A stretch of DNA of 63,939 bases, filler included, from Octopus bimaculoides (GCF_001194135.2; 6 parts of 5 records of this genome joined end to end with filler, not necessarily neighbours in it); one strand, 5' to 3'. Counted from the first letter of the whole stretch, positions 12,932 through 27,789 are shown. Notes: generated by a model from the sequence alone, not told the origin. Numbers and translations: made by a program.

Positions 12932-15900
12932 NNNNNNNNNNNNNNNNNNNNNNNNNNNNNNNNNNNNNNNNNNNNNNNNNNNNNNNNNNNNNNNNNNNNN
13001 NNNNNNNNNNNNNNNNNNNNNNNNNNNNNNNNNNNNNNNNNNNNNNNNNNNNNNNNNNNNNNNNNNNNNNNNNNNNNNNNNNNNNNNNNNNNNNNNNNNN
13101 NNNNNNNNNNNNNNNNNNNNNNNNNNNNNNNNNNNNNNNNNNNNNNNNNNNNNNNNNNNNNNNNNNNNNNNNNNNNNNNNNNNNNNNNNNNNNNNNNNNN
13201 NNNNNNNNNNNNNNNNNNNNNNNNNNNNNNNNNNNNNNNNNNNNNNNNNNNNNNNNNNNNNNNNNNNNNNNNNNNNNNNNNNNNNNNNNNNNNNNNNNNN
13301 NNNNNNNNNNNNNNNNNNNNNNNNNNNNNNNNNNNNNNNNNNNNNNNNNNNNNNNNNNNNNNNNNNNNNNNNNNNNNNNNNNNNNNNNNNNNNNNNNNNN
13401 NNNNNNNNNNNNNNNNNNNNNNNNNNNNNNNNNNNNNNNNNNNNNNNNNNNNNNNNNNNNNNNNNNNNNNNNNNNNNNNNNNNNNNNNNNNNNNNNNNNN
13501 NNNNNNNNNNNNNNNNNNNNNNNNNNNNNNNNNNNNNNNNNNNNNNNNNNNNNNNNNNNNNNNNNNNNNNNNNNNNNNNNNNNNNNNNNNNNNNNNNNNN
13601 NNNNNNNNNNNNNNNNNNNNNNNNNNNNNNNNNNNNNNNNNNNNNNNNNNNNNNNNTATATATATATATATATATATGCATACATATATATATGAATGTA
13701 TATATGTGTGTCTGCATGTGTGTGTGTGTTCATACCAACAAATATGTGCATGCATACACGCACACATCTGCAGCTCCAGTTTATGCAGTACTGATCATAC
13801 ACCATGATCTGTAGCTGCAATTATACGAAAGAAGTAAAGAAGGAGATGGGATAGGAAAGATGATGGAGTAAAATTAGGCAAAAAAATATATTTATAGAAA
13901 GGGAGAAAGAGTAAGATAATGTAGTTCTACTGGCAAGAAAGGAAGGAATCTGAAAAGGGAGAGAATAGAGTTTGGCAAAGAATAAGCCTTAATTGATGCT
14001 GATGGCCGAAATGTGTTGATGGTATGGATTACAGAATTCTTATACCTGAGTAAATGGCATAATCTTTGGTATAAGTGATATGGTCCATAGAGTAGCTTGG
14101 TAAACTGAGATAACAGAGAACGTAAACACAAAAAAACTACTTCCAGTCCTCAAGGACGCCAATAAATATAAAACGGGATCCGGTGTGGCAGAGAAAGGAA
14201 ACCGTTGGGACATGGGTTTCGTGCAAAAATTGTTATATTTGTTAAGTGGGAGAAAAAACTGAATGTAGATCATGCATATTCAGGCTGATCCAGCAACCTG
14301 TTATTTTAGGAGTAACAGACTGCTGCGTGAGAGAGAAAGTGAGAATGAATATATGCATTAACTAATATATGAAAACCCACATGGAAATCAGAATATCTGT
14401 CAGAAATAGTCTTCGTGTCAGGAAAGCTCATGAAATAGCATTGCCAATACAGTATTGTGTTTGTGTGAGCATGTGTGTATGCGCGTGCGTGTGCGCGTGT
14501 GTGCATGGGTATGTGTGTGTGTGCATGTGTACATATGTGTATATACTGTAAATTGCTATTGAGGGAAATTTGTTAAATGTTGAAACATTGGAGTTGTTAA
14601 ATAAAATCAACATGAATAAAGTATATCAAATTTATAACAGCGCAAAAATGAATACATTGAAATATACACCGGAATATAGATGACTATAAAGTATCATGGT
14701 TTAGATAAAAACAGAGAAAGAAAAAGTTTCCAAATATGAATGAGCTGTAGAAAAGATAGTTTACATCCTTCAGTGTAGAAAGAGATGAATATAAGCAAAA
14801 AATGTCATCGAACTAAATCAATGTATGAGAAAGTGAATACACGTGGCTAAATTAAAAGGATACAAATTATTATAAGATAATTTATAAAGTGGATTAAAAT
14901 AAAGTGGAAATAAAGACAGGGAAGTGAAGATAAAAACGATTGTTACAAGATTGTACAAGATGTACACGATGAATAAATATCCGACGCGTTTTTTATGCTA
15001 TAACGTATAGAAAAATTATAGATTTCAGCAAACCCTGAACGTGTAAATTAAAATATACTGGACTGTCTACACAACAGTCTTCTTATACAACTAACCTCAG
15101 ATAGAACAGGAAGCAATATCAACTAGCACAGATTCAGTTCTTATTTAAATAAGATACATTGATTTGTATAATGATGCATTCTTGATGCTATCTCAATAAA
15201 TAAATTACTAAATTACTTCGATTAAGAACCACACTGTAGTATTGGTAACAAACACTGTTTGTCTGTTATTTATCTAGCTGCCAAGAATATATTAATTATG
15301 CAGATTGACATATCTGATTTTATAATACCCGTAATAAAAGTGGCTGTGTAGAAAATGGTAGTCAGTTGTACGAACACCTCGAAAATTATTGAAACTGGTC
15401 TCGCTGGTTCTCGTTGTTCACATATCCAGTATACTTACACACTAGCTGAAATTAGTAGAACTTTTTAATCTTCATAATATTAATAGCATCAAACGAACAC
15501 AGCTAATCAAACTAACTGCCATGAATGCAAATACACAGTCCGACAACGACATGACCTCAGTTGCCTCTTTTCAACACATAACAACGTTGAAGAATGCATT
15601 GTGACCTTACTTAAGTCAGTCCAAGAAGATAAAAGTTTAGTTTAAAACGTGTCCTTAAGACAGTGTATTTTGTCTTCAAGTGTAAAGTTTTTAACAAAAC
15701 CTTCAACTATTACAGCGGTGACATACGGAATATATAACAGCAATATGATTTTGACAGGTGAGACAAATACGTGAGGGATATACAGAGACGTAAACATAGT
15801 TTTCACATATTAAACATAGAAACGTCATTTTTTCTTCAACTTACAATCTTTGTCGCCAGTAGCTAAACGTTTCTCAAATTCCTACATACATTTCCCATTA

Positions 15901-16104
15901 AATCACAAATACAACACACTCCCTAATCAAAACAATATTATCGTCTCATATTCAACCACATAATATTTTATGAGCATTAAAGGTATAGTTTCCCAAATAA
16001 AACGCATCTAATTGTAATTTTATCAACACCAACACTTATTCATTAGTATAAAGTTGAATACTTTTTCTTCAGTTCGCTATTACTACAGTACATGCAGAGG
16101 CGCG

Positions 16105-16125
16105 CGCGCGCACACACACACGTAT

Positions 16126-16159
<34 letters not shown>

Positions 16160-16181
16160 CATTTCTTTTATNNNNNNNNNN

Positions 16182-16215
<34 letters not shown>

Positions 16216-16232
16216 AAGATAGATAGACAGAC

Positions 16233-16288
<56 letters not shown>
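16105..16288. repeat. (GATA)n microsatellite, gap-interrupted
   Basis: Directly visible. Confidence 0.95.
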
Positions 16289-16695
16289 GCCTTCATAAAC
16301 ACATTCCTGTATACATATAAATTTTTTTCAATAAGCGCATTTTTAGTGAATATCTGAAAATTTATATATTACGTGGAATTCAGATATTTTAATAAACTAG
16401 TCATTTTTAATGTCCTCTTTTCTATGTTTGCAGAGGTCAAACACACACACTAATACACATGCACACAGGCATACGCACACAGGCATACACGCGCACACGC
16501 ACACATACAGACACACACGCACCCATACGCATACAGACATGCACGTGTGTGTTTATTTTTTCTCAATCGACAGAAGTTAAAAAGCGACTCAAGAGCCAAG
16601 CGTTTCGTACGTTAGCGTTTGATTACTGTCAATGTCCGAAACATGCGGTCCTTTATTCAATTTCTAACTATAAATATACATACACACGCACACGT

Positions 16696-16790
<95 letters not shown>

Positions 16791-17207
16791 ACTAGATTCG
16801 AATGAAAATACAATTATCAAGCTTTAATGACCTCTCAGCATACAACATTATTTCTTAAGTTTTTCGTCACTCTTTTCCCTGCATATCACTTTCCACTTTT
16901 CTAACCAGGACATCTGAAAACATAGGAGCCCTTGTGAATGTGACGTACAGCTGTCCTTGGTTGGATATTGGTTTCAGACAGAAAAATTCTACTGTAGTTG
17001 AAGTGCGTCTGATGAGATCTTAGTCTCCAACCACATAATACTGCAATCGTGATTAGCTTTATCGGTGCTGTTTTATTCTTGCAACAATGTTGCTGATTGA
17101 CTAAACCTTTGACTTCTACTAAAATGAAGACAGCAAGAAATAATAGAAAATCTTTGATTTTTACAGTCTAATGTGCAACCTTTATCGATGAGGGATATCA
17201 GCTTCAT

Positions 17208-17253
<46 letters not shown>

Positions 17254-17289
17254 NNNNNNNNNNNNNNNNNNNNNNNNNNNNNNNNNNNN

Positions 17290-17327
<38 letters not shown>

Positions 17328-20300
17328 CGAAATATCGTGCATGAATTAAGTTGTCCTCACCACTTTGCACGATCAACATAAGCGATAAACGTCTCTCTTC
17401 GTAATTTAAGCACGACAAACGAACACGGAACTGAGCTGTCTTCTTTGGTAGCGTAAATTACATAAGTATGGCGGAACAAAAATCAAAACTGTAATAACAC
17501 AAGTAGAATTATAAGACAATTATAAGATAATAAGTCATTGGGTACACGCAAAACAGCGAAACTCCAAACAATAACGTATCCATTCATAATACGTTCATAA
17601 TAGGTTGTCGTAAATTCGAACGAGAATATACCTATTGTTGTTGTATTTCGTCTTTCGAGAACATCTCCTCCTTTTCAAGATTTACCACGACGTCAAAACA
17701 CTGCACTTGCTCAAAGTTCTCTTATGTCAATGAATCGTGTGTGTCATGAGCATACATTGCCTAATCGGAGATCTTCTCCAAAGACGTAAAACAACAGTGA
17801 TCAGATATTCACAATCGAATCTCTTAGAACATACTAAAAATGAATAGCTACATTAATGTTTAGATTCTTGCTATTTTGCGTGTTCCCATGACTTATTATC
17901 GCTTTGGAAGACATCAGCATGCAACAGTAAATGACTTGCTTGCTGATCACTTATAAACAAGATCTACGACTCTCGTTCAGATTCATTGGTCGAGAGTAAC
18001 TTTGATCGAAGAGATTACACAATGATGTCTCAAAGTGTGTGTGTGTGTGTGAGTGTGTGTGTGTGAGTGTGCGCGTGTGTGTGCGTGTGTGTGTATGTGT
18101 TTTCTTAAATGGTACTCCTCTCAATATTATCTATTTTCTCTTGCCACACTGGTAATCAAGCTAACTCTTCAATCGAATACTTAATATCAAACTGGAGCTC
18201 CTTCCTTCGTTTGGTTTAAAGCATAAACATATTCGCCGTCAGCTCGAGAGTTCGCCAACAATTAAATATATTAATATTTATTGTAAATTTACGTACTATA
18301 GATCTACACGACTTTTGCTAAACTTGATTATTTAAATAGATGAAGTTTCTACTTGAAAACAAAGTTACTTAGTTAAGTGTAAGGCGTCTATCGTATTGAA
18401 ACTATGGTGTTTCTTTAAGAGATAATATGTAAAGTGGTTGTAAAAACGTTGTTCAAAGACCAACATTTTACTATAAAAGTCAACAGAATACAAGCTTTAC
18501 TAAATACAATATTCTTTAACACGTTGATGTTCAGCAAACGGCACTAATAAAAAATTTTATCGTGGTTGCTTTGAAGTTATTCACATGCAATCTATTTGCA
18601 TGGCAAATCATGTACTAGCACTTGATAACACTTGAATCCGTTCAGACAGATCTACATTTGTTTTGACAGTTTCCAATATTTAATGCTTTCTGAATGTTTC
18701 TTCTTTACTGACTATCTTCATTCTTTTCAAAATGATGTTTTGGTTTTATGCAATGAAAACGTACTACAATATAGAACCAGTTTCGTTAATAGTTTACTAA
18801 CACACCTCCATTATCATATACTATAAAACTTATTTTCTACTTTGGTAAGGCATTTGCATAATCAGTATTAAATTTCAAATTAAATTGTTACAAGTCAGAC
18901 AGTTTATCTACTATCAGTTTATCTACAAAAAGATTTTGAACTACTAAAATGATTGTATATTGAACAAGTTAACTACTAATGCGTATAACCAAATGCTTAG
19001 CAATTAGATTAAAAACCCACACTGTACATTTTATATTCTTTACCTGATAACTGGACGTAATGTTTCTATTTCTGAAAATATTTTTACGTTCCATTTTGGG
19101 GGAATTCTTTCACATTAATTCTAAATGTTCCTTATTTTTTATTTTATTTTGTAGCTTCTCAGAAATTCTGGTTATCAAGGATTGTGTTGCACTTTCTTTT
19201 TCTCTAAATTGTTGGGAATAATTTATTTATGTCTTCTTTCAGGTAACTGAACTCCATTTATTGTTTTCAAGTGCCTATAATACTTTTGAATTAATAATTG
19301 TATACTTTATGTTGTTAGTTGTATATTCAAGAAGAATATTCAAGATTATACGATCTGATCATTTTACTTAATTTATTGGTAATCATTTATCTTAAAATGT
19401 TTAATTTTTCTATGAGGGACCTTTTGTCTCAAACAACTAAATGAACACGATCATAAATGGCAAAGAAAATAAATAACAACAACTACAATCACTCGGTTAC
19501 AGAACGACATAACTGCTTAGTCTATTTGCTATATTTGTCAGATACTCCTATAAAATCTTTCTGCATTTAAAACCGGTATTACGTCAGCATGTCCCACAAT
19601 AAAGAGTTTTAAAATGATGAGTGAATGCGGATGATATGCGGTATACGGAGAAATGTATAATGCTCTTTAACTAAGCTATCAAAACAAAAGCACTTTCATT
19701 CTATATTTGGGTTAAAGTTTTTGTAAGATTACTAAATATAACGAAAAGAAAGCAACAGATACAGTAGATAAAACAGACACAGAGTTATATTGCAGTGGCC
19801 ATATCAGCCATTGAAACACTGTCAGAGAAAAGACATTTGTAAAGAAGTCTGTTGTGGTAAAAAGGACAACGATCTTTTTTTGTCACCACAGACAACCATA
19901 GATAATATACATTACCCGCTTATATTTCCATAAACTGTAATTGTGACAAGAAGAATATTTCCAGATATACCCTGACACACTTCAGTACTTGAAACTCTTT
20001 TCGTTCGTTCCAGCTATAATCACAGCGCGCATAAAATTTAATGCGCAGATAAAATTTAATGTAGAAGATGCAAACTACAAGATTTCAGGATTTCTTTACT
20101 CTGTTCAAGAACAATTAGACATTTTTTCCAGGCTTTTCGAAAAGGTGTTTAAGTCTAGTTTTATCTGGCAAGTTAAATGACAGCTATCAACAAGAATGAA
20201 TGTAAACATATTCTAGGGATTTTTCCAAATGTCAAACTGCTAATAAAATTTCTTAATTCACATCCTGTAATGGGATAAGATGGTTCAGGAAATACAAGCA

Positions 20301-20867
20301 GAGAGTAGGAAATTCAGAACATTTATATCGATAGGTATTAATAAAATGTGATGTTGAATTTCATAGTGTATCTTAATCCACGTTCATATTTAATAGTAAA
20401 CCTTTTATAAGAAAGTCTGTTACTTGTTATAATAGTTACTTTAGATTGTTTTTATGTTTATTAATCTGCAGATTGTACACTATATCTGTCCGGACAGACA
20501 CGGCATACAATCTAATCTTCTAGAAGTGATTTTCTTTTCTGCATTCTTTAAAATTTTTACTTTTTTTTCTTTAACTTTGTTCAAACTATTGCAATGATAT
20601 AAGCATTAACCTACAAATATTTTACATAAGATAGCATAAATGAAATGTTTCTTTAAATTACATCGACGCTCTTGCCTCTACCATTTGTTTCTATATATTA
20701 ATCGTGCAACACGTTTCCCAAGTCTAAATGAAAGTTTTACAATTCATCGAAGCTGTTACAGAATAGTTTCCATTTTATAATTCCTAGACTTTAACTCCTC
20801 AGGAATGTTTTACGTTTTTCAGATTCCACCAGGTTTCTTTCTATGCACCAAAGGAACTCTGATAAAT

Positions 20868-21058
20868 ATCGGTTTCAAATTTTGACACAAGGCCAGTAAT
20901 TTCGGAGGAATGGGTAAGTCGATTACATCGACGTCAGTGATCAACTAATACTTATTTTATTGACCCCGAAAGGAGGAAAGGCAAAGTCGACCTCGGCGGA
21001 ATTTGAGCTCCGCTAAACATTTTGCCCGACGTGCTAACGAATCTACTAGCTCACCGCA
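20868..21058 (-). mobile_element. tRNA-derived SINE, family B
   Basis: GTCGATTACATCGAC...TTTTATTGACCCCGAAAGGAGGAAAGGCAAAGTCGACCTCGGCGGAATTTGAGCTC...GTGCTAACGAATC; homologous to 32937-33170 and 30015-30121. Confidence 0.88.
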
Positions 21059-23026
21059 CATCTTTTCCGCTTCTCCTTTAATAATGGTTTTTCTGGGTTT
21101 CCTTTTTTAATTCTGATTTTTCCCTTTCCACATTTTACCTCTCAAAAGTTGTATCATCCATCATTTGCTTCCCTCTTAACAGAGCATGTCCCTATTATTT
21201 CTTCCTTATAGTAATTATCCATTCACAGTTCTTTTGGTGGGGAAAATTCAGTGGAACTTCACTTTAATTTATGGACTTATATATTTTGATTAATTTTGGC
21301 TTGAGTTTCGATTTCGCTTAAATCTTTATGGTTATACGTTCATCTTGCTCACAATCATAAAATTATGGACTTTATTCTTCTGTAGCTCAAGTGATTTTTA
21401 TCTTCTTACTAGAATACAACTAATCCTGCTACTTTTGCCATATTCTTCAAGCGTAATATTTTCCACACATTACTACATCATAGCATGCTCATATGTTATG
21501 ATTAGCGTCCCTGATACATTTTCGGATGGTTAGTAAATAAACTATGGGCTTTTTTGACACTTCTGTCTTCAGGGGTTTCCATTTTGTATCTACTTGTTTC
21601 TTCACGTAACATTGTTATCGGTACCTCAGTCAAGCAGTTATTTCATCTTTCGGCAGCTAATTACTTCCAATCTCTTCAATCATCTTGAAGTAACCGTATA
21701 CTTTCACTGGTAAACAATTGTTTGAGCCATAGTTCCTTTCCTCGTTCAACTTTTCTGAATTGGAAACCAGAACTAGGTGCAAATGAACTCGATTTCAAAA
21801 GTATTTTTTAGACGGTCTCAATTTTTGTATAATAATTTATGAGATAACTCCCAGTGCCATCTTTTTGTCACACTTCATTATAATACTCTTTTCAAACAAT
21901 GTTCAACAAAATATTTTTGTTGATATTGTTCTTTTGTTGTTTTTATTGTTGTTGTAGTTTTAGCTGTCCTAGTTGATCTTCCTTTACTCGTCTTGATTGT
22001 GAAATACTTTTTGAGATACCACGATGTGGCCAAAGTTCATCTTTTGTCGCTGATTTAGGATAGATTGATGATGTTGATCATCTCTTAATTTAAACCAAAT
22101 CGGGAGTATGAACTCAAATTCTTATTCCAAATGTTCCTTATTTCGGTATATATAAGTCAGTAAGGATAAAATATTCGTTTGAATGAGATTTGCGAAAATA
22201 TGAATAAGTTTGTATATGTAACCATGAACCGGCACTTTAGTATACACCACATAAAAACACTCATTTAATATATCATGCGTATATGTGCACCAATCATCTT
22301 ATATAATTATGAACATGATTGTAAACCAGTATAAGCGTATAGTGCTTACAGCACCAAACGAATGTCAGATCTGTAACTTTATACGACTCCAAAATTTCAA
22401 GTGGATTTCTTCACTCCTGTTGCTTGTTTCGCATCAACATCTACATTACTTAAAGACGCACATGTCTAAACTTATCAAGTATACTCCCTTTTATGTGCTC
22501 CGCCTGTCTCGTTTCCAATCCTTGTATCACATGCTTGATGATTGGTATCCATTTCATTGCTCTCAAACTGACTATGTGCCAATCTATAAAATCTCTCATA
22601 GTGTACACCATGGCCATGAAGTTAAACTTTCTGGCCCTTTCTCCTATAAACCTAACTTTCAATATTATAAGGACGATGAAAACAGTTGCAAATAGCCACA
22701 TGTATTATAACACTGATTTTGTCTCCCTTCTCAGTAACCAATACGGTATTTAGGAAATTACATTCTCAGCAAAGACTTTCTTTTTTCTCTTTTTGATTTG
22801 TCGAGATAAGGCGCTGGGCCCATAGATTTCGCTAGCTTTCTGATTTCATTAAAATTGACGTGGTTATTGTTCTTCTTTAGGAATTTCAAGTCAATGGTAT
22901 TTAAAGACAAAAACATGGGCAAGAAGGAAATTCCAGAGCGCTTACTTTCTAAAGAACAAATGCATAATTACTAGATATATAAAGACAGTTCTATGCAACA
23001 CCCACAAGTTCTCATATCGCAATTAA

Positions 23027-23380
23027 TCTATATATATAAAAATGAGAATGTGTGTCTGTCTGTCTGTCTGTCTCTCTGTCTCTGTGTGTGTGTGAATCCC
23101 TAAAACTCGAGAACTACGCAACCAATTTCATTCAAATTTTACAGATGCCTTACTTAGGGTTCCAGGTGTGTTTTAGTCAAAAAATGTTTTTAACTTCTTG
23201 CAGAGTTCGAGCCCACGGCAACGTAATATCTCCTCCGCTATTTAAGTATTACGTGTCAAAAGTGAAACAAAAACACTCATGTCAAATACTTTCACTTTAA
23301 AAATGAAACTATTCCACTAACTGAAACAATCACATTTCGATACTGTAATGACAGATACTTTCAGAGAGAGAGAAAGAGAG
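23027..23380 (+). mobile_element. Helitron/Helentron-like non-autonomous element, 5' part
   Basis: Begins A|TCTATATATATAAAAATGAGAATG, then a (GTCT)n tract and AAAACTCGAGAACTACGCAACCAATTTCATTCAAATTTTAC, the layout of DINE/HINE-type 5' ends; the 3' end is lost in the gap. Confidence 0.55.
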
Positions 23381-23381
23381 A

Positions 23382-23481
23382 NNNNNNNNNNNNNNNNNNN
23401 NNNNNNNNNNNNNNNNNNNNNNNNNTTAATTAATTAANNNNNNNNNNNNNNNNNNNNNNNNNNNNNNNNNNNNNNNNNNNN
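23382..23481. other. Artificial scaffold-join linker (44 N + TTAATTAATTAA + 44 N)
   Basis: The identical 100-bp structure occurs five times in the window. Confidence 0.95.
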
Positions 23482-23705
23482 GGTGGAGGAGTCGGACTGG
23501 AGGTGCCGAAAAGCTCGGAGAATGGAGCGTTGGAGGGGTAGGGTGGTGGGATGGTAGGTGAGAGGAAAAGGGAGGCGGGAAACAGCAGGGCGGGTTCGTG
23601 GGGGAGAGCAGATGCACGGTCCACAGAACGTGCTCTGGCAAGGGCGGGGTGGATGGTGGTGGGTGGATATCCACGCAGGCTAAAGTGGTGAGCCATGAGT
23701 TGAGA
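23482..23705 (-). mobile_element. Penelope-like element fragment (region between RT and GIY-YIG)
   Basis: Translation MAHHFSLRGYPPTTIHPALARARSVDRASAL and, after a frameshift, LPLQRSILRAFRHLQSD match the RGYP...R..AL...LTYHP segment typical of Poseidon-type PLEs. Confidence 0.7.
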
Positions 23706-24198
23706 CTGATATATATATATATATATATATAAATCTGCTTTCATTTTCTTTTTTTTAATCTTCTTTTCTTTTAGTCCTTTTTTCCATTATGCTCTTTCTG
23801 ATACAAGCCCTAATATCGTTTTCCAAGTAAAAAATGACATATTTTACTGAGTTTATCGATCTGAAAACTGTAAACAAACATCCGCGTGCTCATTTACACA
23901 CGCATACACACATATGTACATGTATGCACATGCAAAGGTGTATATATAGATATGAATGCGTATGTATGAATATACAAAGATAGACACACACAGAGAGTGG
24001 GGTGAGCGGGAGAGGAAGTGAAAGAGATAGGTCTGTATACAAGTGTGTGTTCGTGTGTGTGCATGTGTGAATCTTTATTTGAAGATTGCACAAGGCTTTA
24101 CAATCACGTGATTTCGAGTTTAATCTCACCTTGGGCTAGTGTCATCTACTACAGTCCCGGACTGACCAACCTTTTGTGAATGAATTTGGCCAACGGAG

Positions 24199-24238
<40 letters not shown>

Positions 24239-24243
24239 TGTGT

Positions 24244-24278
<35 letters not shown>

Positions 24279-26014
24279 CGCAAATCAATAAATAACAAAT
24301 GTTGGATGATGTCCGTTCATCGTTTGTTATTTATCTATTTGCTTATAAATACACCAAAAAAGGATTCCCGGCCCATCAGACNNNNNNNNNNNNNNNNNNN
24401 NNNNNNNNNNNNNNNNNNNNNNNNNNNNNNNNNNNNNNNNNNNNNNNNNNNNNNNNNNNNNNNNNNNNNNNNNNNNNNNNNNNNNNNNNNNNNNNNNNNN
24501 NNNNNNNNNNNNNNNNNNNNNNNNNNNNNNNNNNNNNNNNNNNNNNNNNNNNNNNNNNNNNNNNNNNNNNNNNNNNNNNNNNNNNNNNNNNNNNNNNNNN
24601 NNNNNNNNNNNNNNNNNNNNNNNNNNNNNNNNNNNNNNNNNNNNNNNNNNNNNNNNNNNNNNNNNNNNNNNNNNNNNNNNNNNNNNNNNNNNNNNNNNNN
24701 NNNNNNNNNNNNNNNNNNNNNNNNNNNNNNNNNNNNNNNNNNNNNNNNNNNNNNNNNNNNNNNNNNNNNNNNNNNNNNNNNNNNNNNNNNNNNNNNNNNN
24801 NNNNNNNNNNNNNNNNNNNNNNNNNNNNNNNNNNNNNNNNNNNNNNNNNNNNNNNNNNNNNNNNNNNNNNNNNNNNNNNNNNNNNNNNNNNNNNNNNNNN
24901 NNNNNNNNNNNNNNNNNNNNNNNNNNNNNNNNNNNNNNNNNNNNNNNNNNNNNNNNNNNNNNNNNNNNNNNNNNNNNNNNNNNNNNNNNNNNNNNNNNNN
25001 NNNNNNNNNNNNNNNNNNNNNNNNNNNNNNNNNNNNNNNNNNNNNNNNNNNNNNNNNNNNNNNNNNNNNNNNNNNNNNNNNNNNNNNNNNNNNNNNNNNN
25101 NNNNNNNNNNNNNNNNNNNNNNNNNNNNNNNNNNNNNNNNNNNNNNNNNNNNNNNNNNNNNNNNNNNNNNNNNNNNNNNNNNNNNNNNNNNNNNNNNNNN
25201 NNNNNNNNNNNNNNNNNNNNNNNNNNNNNNNNNNNNNNNNNNNNNNNNNNNNNNNNNNNNNNNNNNNNNNNNNNNCTGTCAACTTTCAAATGTCGACAAA
25301 ATAAACAGTTCTGGTCGATTTAATCCACTGCACTTGTACTCCAAAAATTCTTGTGACCTTTTGCCAATGCTACAAATCACTGATTATATTCTTATTGTCA
25401 TTAGCGATCTTCATTGACGCGAAAAATGGCTCCAAACAAGGCTGTGAACTTGATTATGAACTCGTATCACTGTCACAGAACTCTTGGCAAAGTCATTCAT
25501 AATGTGAGTAATTCAAGGGAGATAACTGAGACTTTTGAACGAATGGGTCATCCAACATATTATTTTTAAAGAGCTTATACGGTCGCTAGAAATAGCAGCA
25601 AAATCTCCCTCAAATCACATTCTACTGTAATTAAAACGAAAAACAGAATGGATTATAAGAGTGCTATAAACGTCTAACTAGAGAAAGACAAGATCGTTGT
25701 GAATAAAATGCCTTTGTTGTGCAATCCAAGATGATTTGAGACTAACCGACAACAACAGCAACAACAACAAAACGGAAAAATCAATAAAAGAAGCTGTACC
25801 TAGCGGGTAGTGAGTTTTGCTCAGCCAACTGTTCGACATATTACTGAAAAATCTGTTACAGCATACGAAAATAGTCAGTGATTAATAATGTAAGGGAGAC
25901 TACTCTTATACTTCTACTGTGGCTTTTCCCAGATAAATTATTTTGCTTGGAGTAAATTGTTCTCCTTAAATTGTTTTATTCTAAATTTCGCTTCAAATAA
26001 TTCAATAATTTATA

Positions 26015-26418
26015 GATGCAGGCGTAGCTGTGTGGTAAGAAGTTTGCTTCTCAACCACATAGTTCCAGGTTCAGTCCCACTGTGTGGCACCTTGGGTAAA
26101 TGTCTTCAGCTATAGACTCGGGTCGGCCAAAACCTTGTAAGTGGATTTGGTAGACGGAAACTGGAAGAAGCCCTTCGTATATATAATATATATATGTGTG
26201 TCTGTGTGTGTGTGCCTTTGTATTTGTGTTTGTCCCTCACCACCGCTTGACAACCACCGGTGTTGGTGTGTTTACATCCCTGTAAATTAACGATTCGGCA
26301 AGAGACCGATAGTATAAATACCAGGCTTTGAAAAATAAGTACTGGGGTTGATTCATTCGAATACAAATTCTTCAACGTGGTGCCCTAGCATGGCCGCAGT
26401 CTAATGACTGAAGTAAAT
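26015..26418 (+). mobile_element. tRNA-derived SINE, family A
   Basis: Homologous to 11303-11727. Confidence 0.9.
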
Positions 26419-26645
26419 TCCTTCCCGAGTCATGCAAGCTCGTAGCACCAGTTTCCCGGCTTCCCATGACTCATAAATTCCCCACCTGTCGCAGGATTAC
26501 TCATTTTTGCCTGCTGAGTGGACTGGAGCAACGTGAAATGAAGTGTTTTGCTCAAGAACACATAGCATCGCCTGGTCCAGGAATCGAAACCACATTCTTA
26601 CGATCATGAAGCCAACACCCTAACCACGAAGCCACACGCCTCCAT
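26419..26645 (-). mobile_element. tRNA-derived SINE, family C
   Basis: GCTGAGTGGACTGGAGCAACGTGAAATGAAGTGTTTTGCTCAAGAACAC...GGAATCGAAACC...TAACCAC...GCCACACGCC; homologous to 27790-27972 and 37963-38290. Confidence 0.85.
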
Positions 26646-27789
26646 AAAATAATGATGATAATGCATAATTTGATAAAAGATAAATTTTGTCAATTTTGTA
26701 ATAAATTATTATAAAATGAAATATTTCATTTATAATCATAAATGTTTCAAGTTTNNNNNNNNNNNNNNNNNNNNNNNNNNNNNNNNNNNNNNNNNNNNNN
26801 NNNNNNNNNNNNNNNNNNNNNNNNNNNNNNNNNNNNNNNNNNNNNNNNNNNNNNNNNNNNNNNNNNNNNNNNNNNNNNNNNNNNNNNNNNNNNNNNNNNN
26901 NNNNNNNNNNNNNNNNNNNNNNNNNNNNNNNNNNNNNNNNNNNNNNNNNNNNNNNNNNNNNNNNNNNNNNNNNNNNNNNNNNNNNNNNNNNNNNNNNNNN
27001 NNNNNNNNNNNNNNNNNNNNNNNNNNNNNNNNNNNNNNNNNNNNNNNNNNNNNNNNNNNNNNNNNNNNNNNNNNNNNNNNNNNNNNNNNNNNNNNNNNNN
27101 NNNNNNNNNNNNNNNNNNNNNNNNNNNNNNNNNNNNNNNNNNNNNNNNNNNNNNNNNNNNNNNNNNNNNNNNNNNNNNNNNNNNNNNNNNNNNNNNNNNN
27201 NNNNNNNNNNNNNNNNNNNNNNNNNNNNNNNNNNNNNNNNNNNNNNNNNNNNNNNNNNNNNNNNNNNNNNNNNNNNNNNNNNNNNNNNNNNNNNNNNNNN
27301 NNNNNNNNNNNNNNNNNNNNNNNNNNNNNNNNNNNNNNNNNNNNNNNNNNNNNNNNNNNNNNNNNNNNNNNNNNNNNNNNNNNNNNNNNNNNNNNNNNNN
27401 NNNNNNNNNNNNNNNNNNNNNNNNNNNNNNNNNNNNNNNNNNNNNNNNNNNNNNNNNNNNNNNNNNNNNNNNNNNNNNNNNNNNNNNNNNNNNNNNNNNN
27501 NNNNNNNNNNNNNNNNNNNNNNNNNNNNNNNNNNNNNNNNNNNNNNNNNNNNNNNNNNNNNNATGTTATCACATTACTAGGTAATTTGACAACAGGAAGA
27601 TGTCACTAAACCACAACACCACTCTCTTTTGAAAACACAAGGATTGCATGTAGGATTCGAACTCGCTCACTTTTCGTGAACAAGGTAATGCACGCGAACG
27701 CATCTATATGAAAAGCATGATGCACGTGCAAAACGTTGACTCATTGGGTATAAAAGGCACCCAAATTTACCAGCCTGTCGTTCGATCCC

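Noticed and set aside
12781-13820. Long ORFs of 200-400 aa in the ORF track (also near 24.2k, 26.7k, 30.1k, 44k, 46k, 47.5k, 50k, 52k, 60k)
   Set aside because: They consist of N gaps translated as X plus flanking microsatellites.
15385-15460. Minus-strand CTAATTTCAG acceptor followed by LVCKYTGYVNNENQRDQFQ*
   Set aside because: Too short, with no homology or partner exon; such signals are common by chance in AT-rich DNA.
17007-17030. CTGATGAGATCTTAGTCTC
   Set aside because: No GAAA or cleavage triplet follows.
19730-19990. GPCR-like snippets on the minus strand (GNILLV, SMADM)
   Set aside because: They lie in different frames, the spacing is wrong for TM1-TM2, and there are several stops.
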